A DNA stretch of 64,000 bases from the human T2T-CHM13v2.0 reference genome, Homo sapiens: the NCBI RefSeq assembly GCF_009914755.1, contig NC_060936.1, one strand, 5' to 3'. Below the pieces are notes generated by a model that was not told where the DNA came from, did not search any database, and saw nothing but the letters and a program-made list of their open reading frames with translations. The position numbers and the translations under genes are program-made. Shown here in pieces: positions 32,728 through 50,544 of this stretch (its first letter is position 1; each line of letters begins with the position of its first letter).

Positions 32728-32832
32728 GAACAGATGACAGGCACAATGCTGGTGCCATCGTCAGCACCAGAACACTGCTGAGTTCTGTTTCAGACTTGTT
32801 GAGTGTGAGGTGATCATGGAATTCTCAAATAG

Positions 32833-33205
<373 letters not shown>

Positions 33206-33983
33206 GGTCAGGACTTCAATTGTAAGTTTGATACAAAGTGGAAAAGGCTGAAGATTTCATCCACAGTCTGAAAAGACCATATGAAAGAGGAAGGGGTGAG
33301 CTCCAAAGAACAAGCGTATGTCAAAAGTAGTGGTGGGCAAAGACTCAAATCTAATATCACTGAGGCTTCTGCCAGGCAGAGAGCAGTGGCCGTCTGCTCA
33401 CCGCAGTGGCCAGTGTGTCTTTGTGAAGAGCAATGGAGGCCAGGATTGAGGTGAGTATTGTCAGTACCAACTCTAAATTTCAGATTAGCTGTGGATGGAG
33501 GCAGTAAATAAGCAAATGCGTTTGTCCAATTTCCTTACATTGCAAGTTGCAAAACCCACTTGAAGTTGGGTCGAGACCAGCTTAAGTAAAGCAGAATGTA
33601 TTGGCTCATGAAAGAGCAGGATAGCTTTGGCTTCAGCCATGGCTGGATTCGGGGTCCAAGTAATGTCCTCAGGACTCTGTCTCTTTCCATCCATCTCTCA
33701 TCTCTCTTCATTTTTGATTCTCTCTTAATGTTAGATTCATTGTCTCTCACTATGGATGGCTTTCCCCAGGTATCCAGGAAAGGTGACAGAAAGCAACTCT
33801 GGTCTATATCATCTTTACAATCTTGTGATCCAATACTGAAAAAAGAGCCTTTCTCTCTCTCTCTCCGCATTTAAACATCAAATCTCAAGGAAGAATCTGA
33901 TTGGCTTTTCTAGGGTTTTCTGCCTCTTCCCATTCCAAAGGAATAGATTTATCTGATTGACTGAACTTAGATCACATGCTAAC

Positions 33984-34008
33984 TTCTCTGGAAAGTGGGG
34001 GATTCCCC
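33984..34008 (+). promoter_or_regulatory. Adjacent STAT6-type (TTCN4GAA) and NF-kB (GGGGATTCCCC) motifs
   Basis: TTCTCTGGAA at 33984-33993; GGGGATTCCCC at 33998-34008; function inferred only. Confidence 0.4.
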
Positions 34009-34920
34009 ATAAAAAAGTAGTTCCATTAGCAGAAGAAGAGAAGAAGGCATTCTAGACAGAAAACAAAACAAAACAAAACAAAAAAACCAGAAGTCTTCTC
34101 TTAGAAGGACTGTTGCAAACAGGGTTTAATCATTTGGGTCCTGCTTCCTTGTCAGTGGATCCAGACGCATGGAGCTTATTGATAAGCACCTGTGGAGACG
34201 TGTTTGACTCGCACCCCTGCTGCTGCTGCGTGCTTGCCTGTTTAGCTAGAAGCCATTCTCTACCTTTCAGACGTATCCCCAGCAGAGGAACTGAATGGAG
34301 ACTTAGGCCAGTCAGTCTCAAGGCTGGTTATTTTTAGTAACTGGATTCTGCCCTAGTTGCCTTATAATTACATCTGTTTTAGATTATATTTGGCTCCCCC
34401 CTCCGTGCCTTCCTGAGCTACATATTGGATTCCAACTCTGTATGCTATTTCTTCCAGGCCTAGAATATTATTTTCTTCTCTCCTGATATAATCCCCTTAC
34501 CAAGATCCTATGGCTGGGTCTCCACTCTTTCTTTGAATGGCAGCTGTCTGTACTAGAGCTATCTGCAACTGGATCCTGAGCTCTACCCACTTGCCGAGAC
34601 TTCTTCCTATCTCTACTGGTTGGACCACCCCTGCACCATCTCTGAAGGCTGGTTCAGTCTCTGAGTCCCACTCCACCCCGCACTGGCCAATCTCCAATTA
34701 TGACAGCTGCTAACGTTCTTATAAAAACTTCCTTAGTCTCTAAATATAGAGGGTAATCAGACCACATGGAACAGAATTCATGGAAGCACCCAAACTGTGT
34801 TTATTGCGTTATAAACATTTGATCTTCTCTGCAGAACCATGAAGAAGTGGGAAGAATGCCCAGTTCCCCTACTTCTTTAGCACACTTTGCCACCTGGGCC
34901 CTGAAAGAGTTTGTACCACT

Positions 34921-35214
<294 letters not shown>

Positions 35215-35942
35215 CAGTTTGTACTGCTGAATGGCAGTGTGTTAGAACCTTCATAAAACAGATCCTACTCTTTCTGCCTGAGCCTTTTCTTCCATAGAGT
35301 TCAGACTTTGTCATGGGATAGCTGCCCTCTGGCCCTTCCATTTCTCCCATAGCTCTTTCTAGGCTTTTGTATATAAAACTCAGTTTTCCCTTCCTTCAGG
35401 AAAAGAGCAAAGAACTCATGCATATGGATACACACAAATAGATTTTCTCAAGTCTGCCCCATTAATTTGCCAAACATGCCTGATGCCTAAAGAGAAACAC
35501 CAGCAGAAGAATAGGTTCAGGTTGAAATCTCTGCAATAAGAAGAGTTGTGTTACTAGAAAACTGTTTCCCAATCTGGGTCTATATTACTAAAGCATTCTT
35601 GGTATGTGTACGGGATACCTCTCATGTACCACTTCACATCCTCTCAGCCCCACCTCCAAGTGCAGCCACTGCTGCAGTATTGCGCTCCATGTAGTCTTTG
35701 TCCAGCTTCACATGAGTGTAATCTCATCTTGTCTGGGTCCCCACCACATACCTCTTGCTTCCTGTACCAGGTCTTCTCTCATGCCAAGGTGCAGTATATC
35801 TAGGGGAACCTGCTTGGCACCCAAACGTTATAATCCAGAAGTAAGAGCGTGGCTAAGGCTGTTGGGACCATCTTGGGCCAATAGATGACAGGAGTTAATG
35901 GCTAGGTAGTTCCTCCGTTCCTCCTTTTGTCTTCCAGGCATG

Positions 35943-35943
<1 letters not shown>

Positions 35944-35976
<33 letters not shown>

Positions 35977-36254
35977 AGATGGAGTCTCGCTCTCTCTCCC
36001 AGGCTGGAGTGCAATGGCGTGATCTCGGCTCACTGTAACCTTCGCCTCCTGGGTTCAAGCAATTCTCCTGCCTCAGCCTCCTGAGTAGCTGGGATTACAG
36101 GCGCCCACCACCACGCCCAGCTAATTTTTGTATTTTTAGTATAGACGGAGTTTCACCATGTTGGTCAGGCTGGTCTCCAACCCCTGACCTCGTGATCCAC
36201 CCACCTCGGTCTCCCAAAGTGCTGGGATTACAGGCGTGAGCCACCACGCCAGGC
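35944..36254 (-). mobile_element. Alu (AluS-like)
   Basis: Long T tract; TSD CCAGGCATGC. Confidence 0.93.
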
Positions 36255-36427
36255 CCAGGCATGCATTTTTGAGACACAATTCATAAGGCTGCTCAGAAGG
36301 TTCCAGTGAGATAGAAGAGGAGTTGTCTGTAGCTGTGGCCAAACCAGTAACTCATCCTCTTTTGGGCTTTTCCTCCTTCCCTGTCTCACATCCCTTGATC
36401 CCCACTCCTCTTCTCTGGAATCACTGA

Positions 36428-36738
<311 letters not shown>

Positions 36739-37280
36739 CTGAGATCACTTTTCAAATAAAATATCTCAGGCTCTGCTTTCAGAGCCACCCAAGACAAGAG
36801 AGTATATCATGGCTTCTTTGTAATTGTCTAACAGAAAGAATAAAATTTTGGTACCAAAGAGACCTCATGTCGAATTCTAACAGTATGACTGAAAACAAAT
36901 TATTTAGCCATCTTAAAACCCAATTTCCTTATCTTTAGTACACAGATAACATGAGTGGCCCCCATGATGTTTGTCTAAATACTAAATCAGATAGTCTCTC
37001 TGAGAAGCATAATAGGTATCTGACACAGAGTAGCACTCAGTCAGTATTCATTCTCTTCTCCTTATTCTCACCCGTTGTTCTGATAGAAATAAGAACTTTT
37101 TAAAAAAGAGTTATAAAGTAGAAATGAAAACAGACATAATAAACAGACGGTTGTATGTTCAAAGAAAACATACTTTAAATATGCATACTTACTAGCATAT
37201 AGATGGATGCATATGTAAAAATTCATTAAGCTAAACACTTAAAATTTGTGTGCTTTATGTAAGCTATGCTGTAATTGCCA

Positions 37281-38230
37281 ATTTATTTTTTTCAAGAGAT
37301 AAGGTCTTGCTCTGTTACCCAGGCAGGAGTGCAGTGGCACCATCATAGCTCCCTGCAGCCTTACACTTCTGTGCTCAAGTAATCCTCCTGCTTCAGCCTC
37401 CTGAGTTGCTGGGACTACAGGAATGCACCACGTGGTTATTTTTTGTAGAGACAGGGTCTCAAACTCCTGGGCTTAAGCAACCCTCTTGTGTCAGTCTCCC
37501 AAAATGTTGGTATCACAGGCGTGAGCCACTGCACCAGGCTTGTAATTCTTTTTAAGTTAAAAATTTTATGGATGTACTAAATACTCCCTAAAATGAAAGG
37601 ACACATTATTGTTCTAAAATGCATTTAACATACATCCACAATGGGATGAACAAATGGGTTCTTATTTCTATCAGAGTAGGAACTCTTTAATAAGTTTTAA
37701 ATGAAAATGCCCTTATTGAATATATATATTCAAAACAAAGTGTTTACGTATACTAAACCATCCTTGTTTTTCTTTTCTTTTGTTTTTAGTTGAGACAGAG
37801 TCTGTCACCTTGGTTGGAGTTCATTGGTGCAATGATCGCTCACTGCAACCTCAAATTCCTGGACTCAAGTGATCCTCCCATCTCAGCCTCCTGCATAGGT
37901 GGGACTACATGTACCCACCACCACACCCAGCTAATTAAAAAAAAAATTTTTTTTTGTAGATGCAGAGTCTCACCCTATCAACCAGGCTGGAGTGCAGTGT
38001 TGCAATTATAACTCACTGCAGCCTCAAACACCTGAGCTCAAGCCATGAGCTCCTCTGCAGCCTCCCAAGTAGCTGGAAATACAGATACCATGCCCAGCTA
38101 ATTTTTATCTTTTGTAGAGACAGGAGTCACACTATGTTGACTATATTGGTTTTAAACTACAGCTCAAGCTATCCTTCCATCTCAGCCTCCCAAAGTGCTA
38201 GGATTACAGGTGTGAGCCACTATGCCCTGA
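37281..38230 (-). mobile_element. Cluster of old Alus (AluJ-like; ~37281-37540 and composite ~37766-38230)
   Basis: Diverged reverse Alu arms. Confidence 0.85.
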
Positions 38231-39750
38231 AACTTTTATGAAACTAAAAGTTTCATAGTATGAATGACAGATTCTTTAAGAATCTGATAAAAAGGGAACA
38301 TCACATTTTTAATCTCTTGCATACTTTTAAAAATATGTCAACAGAGAAAATAAAAGATTGGATATTTATATCAGAAAAACTAATCGTGGCCAGGAGTGAG
38401 GCAGAGGTGGTGGGGCCGGCCAGTCATCAGAGCCAACTCAGGAGGCGGGACATTGACACGAAGGGAGGACTTTGGCTTGATCTCTATGGAAATGGGAAGG
38501 AAAGCCTTGGTCTTATTAGCGGCAGATAACCAACTGAGATAATCAACCAACAGTGGGGTAAGAAATTCAACAGTGAAGTAAAACAAAAAAGTGCATGCCA
38601 TAGAAGTCACCACACAGCCAGAGTTGGCGGCGCTGCTTGAACACCTCAGAGTAAGAAGGAAACCCTTGTCAAATAAATGCTAGGATGCTATCCTCTCAGG
38701 TCTTGACTTTTACTGTACTAGCTTCTGTTCTTATCCTCTTTCCCTCCTAACATCAGACTGGGGAAAGAGGAATCATGGAAGACGGGATCCCTTAGTGCAA
38801 GAGCGGAAGGTGTCACCATCTCCCCTCAGTTCTCTCTGCCCACCACATCTAGGGGAGTGGCAATTTCTTGAGTGCCACCACCAGTGCCTTGCACAGGCAG
38901 GGAGGCACTCACAGTCTTTGTTGGGTTTGTGGAATGGATCCTGTGACCTACAGACAGTGATGGGGTGCAATGGGTGCTATCCTGTATGGAAGTAGAGCGG
39001 TAGATGGCCCAGTCCTTGTCTGGAGGCATTCATGATGCAGTTGAGAAGACAAAAAATGCACTCCAGCAGGGGCCCACTGTGGACAAGGCTTCATGCCAAG
39101 TGAGGGAACCCAGAAAAGTATGTGAATGATGACCAGTGTGAGGGTGGCCCAGAAATGGAAAAGGAAGGAAATATCATGGGAATGATTTGCTTACATTATA
39201 AGTATCTAAGGGCAAACTTGTACAATGATTCTAAGATAGTGACAATTACTGCTCGAAAGAAAAGCACGTATCACTTTTGAGATATATGCCTTCTTGTAAC
39301 ACATCTCAAAATGCCAAGAAAACTACACACAAGCCTAGAGACAAGTCAGTAGATACTAAAGAGACAGAGCCATATTAAAACAGGTTGTGAGGGTAGCAGC
39401 TATGGCAGGAGCTGAGGGGGTAAAGGAAGCCCATCCAGAGAGCCGAATCTTCCAGGTTACGGAAGTGTAGAGCCAGGAAGCCCCCCGGGGCCTTCCAAAG
39501 ACCCACAGCATGCCGCCAGCCTTTGGGTACCTGCTACATGGGAGCACCCACAAGCCAACAGAGTAAGGCTGTGGCACAGCATCAACATCGTGAAAGGACT
39601 GCAGATGTGAGCAGGCAGCTGAGAGACACTGATCCCTTCTTCTTCCCCTCCTCCCTACTTGACACACTGAAAGAGCGTAAGAAAGGGTGGAGTGGAAGAG
39701 AGAAGCTGTGAACCAGAATGAGATTTAAACTATGCAGACCTACTTTTTTA

Positions 39751-40222
<472 letters not shown>

Positions 40223-42248
40223 TCAGTGATGTAAGAGAGGCGTATATACACGCAGTATCCATTCATACAAACAAAGAATTGATTTGAAAAGATTCAAATA
40301 GTTTCAGGGTAGGATAAAAACAGCGACATTCACAGGGGGATTCTTATTGTGCCCTGGATTGAACCAAGTTCATTATCTTAATCTATTTCACCCTCCCAAC
40401 AAGAATTGCATTATCCCCATTTCTCAAATGAAGAAACCAAGACTTTAAGAGACTTTGAGAGCTAAGGAGTCTGAAGTCCTACTGTTTGTAAGTGTCTAGT
40501 AAGTGGCTGTCTGCCCTCAACCTCCTCTTATTGCTTGTCCTAAGCCAGGATTCATTAAATCAGTCTAGTTTTACTTTCCATTACCTGATTTTATAAATGT
40601 TTAAACTTAGTCCCAGAGAAATTAAAAGACTTGACTAAAGTCTTTAGTATTCAGTAGCAGAGGAGAGATTTCTAACATAAAAAGATCTTCCAAGTTTTAC
40701 TACAGGGCTTGTAATAAAACCATTACAAAGAAAAAGAATTATTGCAAACTTGCCTACCAACATGTGATAAGCACTTTTGTTCTGAGCCGTGATTGTCCTT
40801 ACCTTAAGAGAAACATAGTACAAAAAAGGTGACTGGCTCTGGCTGTCCTCTTATCGAGAGTGGGCAATGGAGGGGCTTTGTACAATTCTTGCATTCTCAG
40901 CATCTAGCATAGTGCCTGGCAAACAGTCATTACTCAATAAATGTTTGCTGAATGAATATTATATATAACTCAATATTCCCTGGACACAAAAAAATAGCTC
41001 TTTTCCCCCTTCACATTGTGGAGAGAACACTAATGAACAGATTGACTTTGTTTTTTCTGCCAACTCACATCATTCCAAGTTTTATTTGCGTTTGTAATAC
41101 AGATGCATACAAGTGGACTCATCATCCATCATCTCGTCTGAGCTAACCACCATGACATCATTACCAATCCCCAGATACCAAGGCCAGATCTTCTAGATCA
41201 GTCTCTCTACATATGTGTATTGCTTTTTCCTTTGCATTACTTATTTCCTTTTTGTACTATAGCTGATATTCCAGGAGCTGACTCCTGGACCCTCTTTGCC
41301 CCCAGTGACTTTCAAGGTGCAAGATTCTGTTGCCTCTCTTTTGCTGATAGATGTTGCTGAAAGGCCTGTGTGGAAACTTACAAAATCAAATGAGTTTTCT
41401 TCTCCTCCCCTTCTGTTAAATTCTAACTCACCATCCCTCACCCATACCTGAAGCCCAGCTCTCTCCCGCAGGCAGTCTCTGCCAGCCAGGCCAGGCCTGA
41501 GCTTGTTCTCTGCGTGTCTGAAGCAGGGAGTCCTAAAAGGAAATATTGCTCTCATTCCAAAGTTGCTTCATCTTCATGGGCAAAGAAAAAAAAAAAAGCA
41601 GAGGAAGGTAAATGCAGCAACTCTGAGAAATTCTTAGTTGATTATTTACTGTTGCTTAACCTTCAAAAGATTCCACTGTAGAAAGGGAGGGCCGGTATTC
41701 ATACAGTTCCTAGCCCAGGTAACTTCTCTTTCCTAGACCTGCTAGTCCAGTTAGCTTGAGCTCATTTGCAAGGAGGCCAATTCTGTGACCCCTTTCGTTT
41801 CCCAGAATGCCTCACAGTGGACACTCAAAGCAGTCGACTTGCTAACAAGGCTAAAGGAGTTAGGTTTTACATCATTCCTGAATTATTGATGTGCTTTGCA
41901 AATTAGCTTTTCCTGTGCACATGACTCTCCTTAGCTAATCTTTACAACATATAAGACAGTTGTCAAAACTGTTTTGAAATATGATTCTGGGGTTTCAGAG
42001 TACCGTTTCACGGGACTTGAGTTTTCAGAACAAATCTCTGTGCAGAGATAGGAACTATTCTGCTTAATAAGTATTATTATTATTAATTATCTGAAGCAAT
42101 TACTCAAAATACCTAAATGCAATTTGCAAAGTAGTCAGGTAATAACACCATGTAGAAGTTCATGTTAAGAGCTACCATTTCAATGAATGTAGGGAACACT
42201 ATCCACTTTTCTCAGAGTCCTTAGAAAAATATAGTAAGTGAAAATAAA

Positions 42249-43478
<1,230 letters not shown>

Positions 43479-43583
43479 TTACTATCACACATAAGAAAGT
43501 CTGAAGGTATGCAGTCCTCTGTCTTTTGTATCTGCCATCCTTAACCTCATGACCCAAGAAGGAGGCTGGAGCCCTAGGCATCA

Positions 43584-43935
<352 letters not shown>

Positions 43936-44574
43936 AATGTTCATTATTGACTGAAATTCTAATTTAACTAAGTGTTCCTTATTTGATCTGGCAACCCTGA
44001 CCACCCAACATCTCCTGGGATTTCATTAGTCACCCCTACTGTGAAGGAAGATGGAAAATGTAGCCTTTTAGCCAGGCACTTTCCCACGCTGCTTATTCTA
44101 CCAAGGAAGACATGGAGAGTGAATACTGGGTAAGGAGCCAACAGTCTTTGCAGGAGTGAGGGTGGTTCTGGGAAAAAGTGACAGAGCTACATCCATGCCC
44201 CATGCCCTCTGTGAAGAATTTCTTGACTGCATCAGCCTCTTGTGGTCACTGTGACCTCTGAAAGCCTATGGCCCTTTTTGTCTTAGTTCTATTAATAGAT
44301 ACAAAGTAAAGATTACTGATTTTTAATTAACATGTAAGAACTGATGTATTCAGGTGGCTACTGTCTTCTTCAAAGGGTTAAACACACAATATTGCCACTC
44401 TTAAAAACACTTTTAGAACTTAGAGCTGGTAGAAGCAGAAGTCTCCCTTTACAAGGCATACGGGAAGCTGCAGGCTGTAGGCAGGGCCAGGGATGCGTTG
44501 GAAATTTGCTAACTCTGAGTGCTTCAACAAATTGCATTCTATGTCAAACTCATGCCATTCCTCGTAGAAAGACC

Positions 44575-45350
<776 letters not shown>

Positions 45351-47736
45351 TACACTATTTCTCCCCAGAACCTTCTCCTACCTTTGTAGGAATATAGGAT
45401 TATCTTCCAGGATGTCAATAGCTCTGGCCAGTGGGGACCAGACTGATGAGAAGCAGCTGGTTTAGGAAACTGATGTTGGAAAGCTCATGGCCTCTCATAA
45501 CTCAGTCATCTGTGGCCTGATCAATGTCACTAAAGCATGGTTTGTACTCTGTGGTATGTCCTAGAATAAAGGTAGGGAACAATGGAGGAAAACAGGCCTG
45601 AATTAAAATGTTCTCCATGTCTCTCTCGAAAAATTCCAACTTGGAAGTCCCTTTTGCCTGATAGTGACTGCTTACAGTTCCTACCCAATGTAAACTACAG
45701 TTCCATGTTTTTCCCCCTGGCTCTTAACTGGCTGAACTTGGGATGTTTTATAAGTGTCTGTCTGTACTTCCTATGACAGCCAATCACATCCAACCTATCC
45801 TCAGGTCCCTTCCCCAAATTAACTCTGTGGTCCACTGACTTCCAAAAGTAGGGTCAAAATTATTTTTCTAAGATTAAGCCTTAATAACGTCACTTATATG
45901 TTTCATCTTTTCCTGGATGGCTACTGGGCAAAAATATCTTCATGCAGGTGCTGATAACAGTAAACACATCATATATCTTCAGCCTGGGGTTTAAACACAT
46001 TCATTTCTGGGTTTGTCATATGTTCTCTCGCTATTTATACTGCTTTGGGTCAGCTACTTGATACTTAATAAAATTTGCCTCCAAGCTGTCCTGCAGGGAA
46101 AATGACCTATCTGGGGGGAATGCTGTTCCAACTCTATAACCTCTGATGATTGCCCAATAGTCCTCCAAAAAGGTTGCAGGGCAGGAGCAAGGGAAGGTCC
46201 ATGCCACTTCCTGGCATTTAATGGCAACAAGTGCTTTAGTGTAAGTATAATTATATCCCCTGCTTTCAGGAGGCCTTTCCAGCCAACCTCTCGGACACGG
46301 GAGCAACTGTAGATGGCATGAGCAATGTGGAAATTCGGCTTCTGCTCAAGGTCAGAACAAGCCGTTCACCAGCGTTGATTTTACCAACCTTTCGGTTATT
46401 TTGGAAAGCCGAAAGAGAACGCAACAGAGGCAAGAATGGATCTATGGGATGGAAATAAGGAGCCATTTATAACCCAAAATGAGACTGCCAGGAAAAACAA
46501 ACACACAGAAAAGTACATTTTATCAGAGGCTTGGGCTGCCCAGGGCTATTGGGGTACAAAGTACTGCGTGTTCAGCTCCCTGGGCCAAGAGCTACAGTAA
46601 GTCAGGCCCCCCTGCAAAGCTCCTCTCCTGTCAGCCCCATCAAGCAGCCTTAGCCACCTGGCGGAGACAAGCTTTAGTGTTTTTAAAGTGTGTGCTGCGT
46701 GAATGTTTCACATTTTTGGTAAAGATGTGGGGTCATGTTGCAACACTTAAGTGCTTCTGCGTAAACCTTGCGCAATTCCGACAGGCACTGGGTTCCTAGC
46801 ATCAGTGGCATCCTCTGCTCACATACGGCTTATGTAATGTGTGATCAGGCCCCCCAGGTTTCTCCTTGTAGCCTTTGAAAAAAATTTCAGGCTCTGAACT
46901 TGGCCCTGGTTTCCGGCAGTTCTTTGCTCCGAAGGTGCGTGGAATGGCTCAGCTGTCAGCACCTGCTGGTGAGATACAGAAAAGTGCCACGGGTTGATCT
47001 TTCTCTGGCACCAGTACACAGGAGGCTGGCGATGCTCCCCAGATGGGCTTGGCCCGCCCTGAGGCACCCTATAGGGAAGGAGAGTGAGGGCGGTTCATCT
47101 AAGGAAGAGTAGGTCGGAGGATTGAACGGGGGCTGCTACCAATAGGTAACAAACATGAAAAGGATTTCCCCAAAGCAAAACTTTCTAGCCAGAGCAGCAG
47201 CACAGTGAATGGTTTACTCACAGCTCCTTTGTCTGCTGATGGGAGATTTGGCACTGTGCTTGCCTCTTGGGCTTACCTGAGCAAAGTTACACAGTAGGTC
47301 AAGTGTTTGATGCCTTCTCACCTCCAGTCACTGTGCTGGCGCCCGCCTCCGTGCCTGGCTTCTGTTTCCATCCAGACTTCCATCCATTCAACAAAGCTTT
47401 CGAGCACCTGCTCTATGCCAGGTGCTGTGCCAAGTGCTGGGCACCAGGCAGGGCTTTCTCAACACCTGGTGGCCCCCTGTGGTGCGCTGGACCAGTCCTA
47501 ACACAGGCCTCCTCTCCAGTGTCACTCTCGGCCCCACCATTTCCCAAAATTATCCCTCCCTGCATTCACTTCCTATGACTCTTGTCCTTTCTTCAACCTT
47601 AGGGATGGGACTATTTCTTTACAGTTTTTATCATAGAAATCCAACAAATTTTATTTTTATAAAAGAATTGTTCTTGGTAGTCACAGATTTCTCTCTGTGG
47701 AATCTGAGTTTCTGCAGATTAAAAAGTGATGATGTG

Positions 47737-47856
47737 AGCTGGGCGCTGCAGGTGGTGCCTGTAATCCCAGCTACTTGGGAGGCTGAAGCAGGAGGATCAC
47801 TTGAGCCCAGGAGTTCGAGACCAGCCTGGGTAACAGAGAGACCCCCCCATCTCTAA
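47737..47856 (+). mobile_element. Alu monomer (FAM/FLAM-like)
   Basis: Single diverged arm. Confidence 0.8.
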
Positions 47857-50229
47857 AACATTAATTAATTAATGCTAATTAATTATTTCAAAAATGGTGG
47901 CATGAAGAAACAATGTCTTCCATGGAATGAACAAGGCATTAATTGAAAAATGTGAAGCAGGAAGGAACAGGGGAGGAATACATTGTCTGAGCAGAATCTA
48001 CAATTTCACCAGGTAGACAAGTTGCCCCTTTCACCTCTCCATTTATTATTGGTGAGCTGTATGTGTAATGGTTAAGGAGGCAAATTCTGGAGCTGGACTA
48101 CCTGGGGATTCAAATCCCAGCTCTGAAGGTTATAATCTAAGAAAGCTATTGTTATTTGTTCCTTAATTTCTTCATGCAAAAAGAGGGATGGTAGAAATAC
48201 CTAAGCACATCTCACAGAGTGGCTTAGGGATTAACATAAATTAATATGTATGACATTTTTATAACACCGGGATGCACAGTAAGCACTCTCTATATAAATA
48301 TTAACTTTGATTTTTCGTGAAGGCAACTCTAGGCTTTCTACTTTGCAGTCAGATTCTCATGGCAGTTACTGCATGCGAAAGACAGAATTTGTTATTTGGC
48401 CTGCAGTTTCCACATCTGCAAAGTAGGAAGAAATGATTGAATAAAGATGTGGGGGCGGAGGCTGCGTTCTGGTCTGTGATCTCCACTTGCTTCGTGACCT
48501 TGGACAACTCACTTACTCTCTCTGCATCCTGGAGATTGGACTTGATCTGAATTTCCCAAACTCAGGTCATTCAAATAACACTTAGAGAATCTTTGCCATA
48601 TTCCAGTCCACTTTCCTATACTCAGCTACTAACTTGATGTTTTCCTTTAGATAATCCTTAAATCAATTCACTTTCATATGTAGCCTCACAGGAAGCAGTA
48701 ATATCCACGTATGCAAGAGTCCGATATGCTACAGATTTTTGTTTTTCCTTTATTTATTTATTTATTGTGATAGCGTCTTGCTATGTTGTCCAGGCTGGCC
48801 TTGAATCCCTGCCTGGGCTCAAGCAATTCTCCCGAGTAGTTGGGACTACAGTTGTGTGCCACCACAGAGGGCATGATACACTGTCGATTTTTCTAATGCA
48901 TGTTAAAATAAATGCCTAATGAAAGTTTTAAATGTTTGTATAATGCCCAAATCATCTTGCATCCTATCAATGAGATGAGGACAACATTTCTGGAAACTCT
49001 GGATCAAATGTTCCCTCTGGATCCAGGCAACTGTAAAATCTATAATGTTATACCATGTTCAGGTGGCTATTTAACTTAGGGTATGTTTCTTTATACCATT
49101 TGCCTCCTTGAGAGCTCAGACTGTGGCTTAAACCTCTTTGGGCACGTAGCAAATAGAAGAGTGCTTGATAAATCTGTATTTAATGTTAAATTAAAAGCAC
49201 ACCATACATACATACAAATATATCCATCGCCTACTCACCCCCAGACCCCATCCACTGCCAAAATGCTCATTTCTTTCTCTCCACCTCAGTGTCACTGTGT
49301 TCCTCAAGTGGCTGTCTGTAAATGAACTGAAGCATGTGGCGTTCCAGGCCTTGTGTGGGCACTCAGGAAATGTTACCTTCCCTGACCCCTTTCCCTCTTC
49401 CTGTGCCTCTTTGTTCATGAGTTGCCATTTGTCTGTGTGAAAAGTGGGCCGACTTCCCAAGGAGTTTATAGCCCAAGCTCTTGGGTCAGAATAATTGTTG
49501 TCTTCAATTTCAGCCCTAAAAGAGGTTCCATTGCCAGGTGCAGAAACTTCTAATCTAAGAAAAAAAGAAAGTATACTTCTAAAAGCTATTATTAAAGAGA
49601 TCTTGAAAAACTGTCTGGTGATTTCCTAAAATTCATCAGCAAAAATTGAATACACACCCACAGTATCATGACCCCATTGTGGGTTCACGGTCTGAGAATT
49701 TCACAACCAACCAGCATTTACTAAGCATCTGCTTGAGCCCTCTCTGTCCATAACCTTGGGAGACACAAATCTGAATAAGGCTATCTATTAGACCATGAGA
49801 CTAGAAGAGACTAAAAGACTGAATACCTTGAAAGCAAGGAATATGTCTTCATCTTTGCCTCCCCAAGGGCTTAGCAAAGCATCATGCATGTGGTAGTTAT
49901 GCATTAAATATTTGATCCGTAAATGAACAAATGGATGAATGACACTGCTCCAGCACTGAAGGAGCTTACAGTCTGTTTGAGAAGAAAGAAGCCATAGATA
50001 AACGATGGGTTAATTAACAATAAACTCCACATTACAAGAGATAACACTGGCTAATAAAAACGTTAAATGAAAGGGGTGCTGTCATTTACTTTCCCCCAAA
50101 ACACCAAATGTTGATTCAGCCGCAGGTCTCAAAAAAGAATGTGTGTTGGCCACTCTTCTGTACTTTCATTTTTCTGCACATGAGTCCAACTTTAGAAGGA
50201 AGTTGCTAGGTTGTTGTCATGTGACTGAT

Positions 50230-50544
50230 TTTTATTTAATTAATTAATTTATTTATTTATTTTTGGGACGGAGTCTTGCTCTGTCACCCAGGATGGAGCG
50301 CAATGGCACAATCTTGGCTCACTGCAACCTATGCCTCCTGAGTTCAAGCAACTCTCCTGCCTCAGCCTCCTCAGTAGCTGGGATTACAAGCATTGCCACC
50401 ATGCCCAGCTAATTTTTGTAGTTTCAGTAGAGACAGGGTTTCACCATGTTGACCAGGCTGGTCTCGAACTCCTGACCTCGTGATCCACCCGCCTGGGCCT
50501 CCCAAAGTGCTGGGATTACAGGTGTGAGCCACCGCACCCGGTCC
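50230..50544 (-). mobile_element. Alu (AluS-like) with (TTTA)n tail
   Basis: Reverse dimer. Confidence 0.92.

Noticed and set aside
38612-38636. GC-rich GAGTTGGCGGCGCTG as a second CTCF site
   Set aside because: Lacks the CCASYAG half of the core
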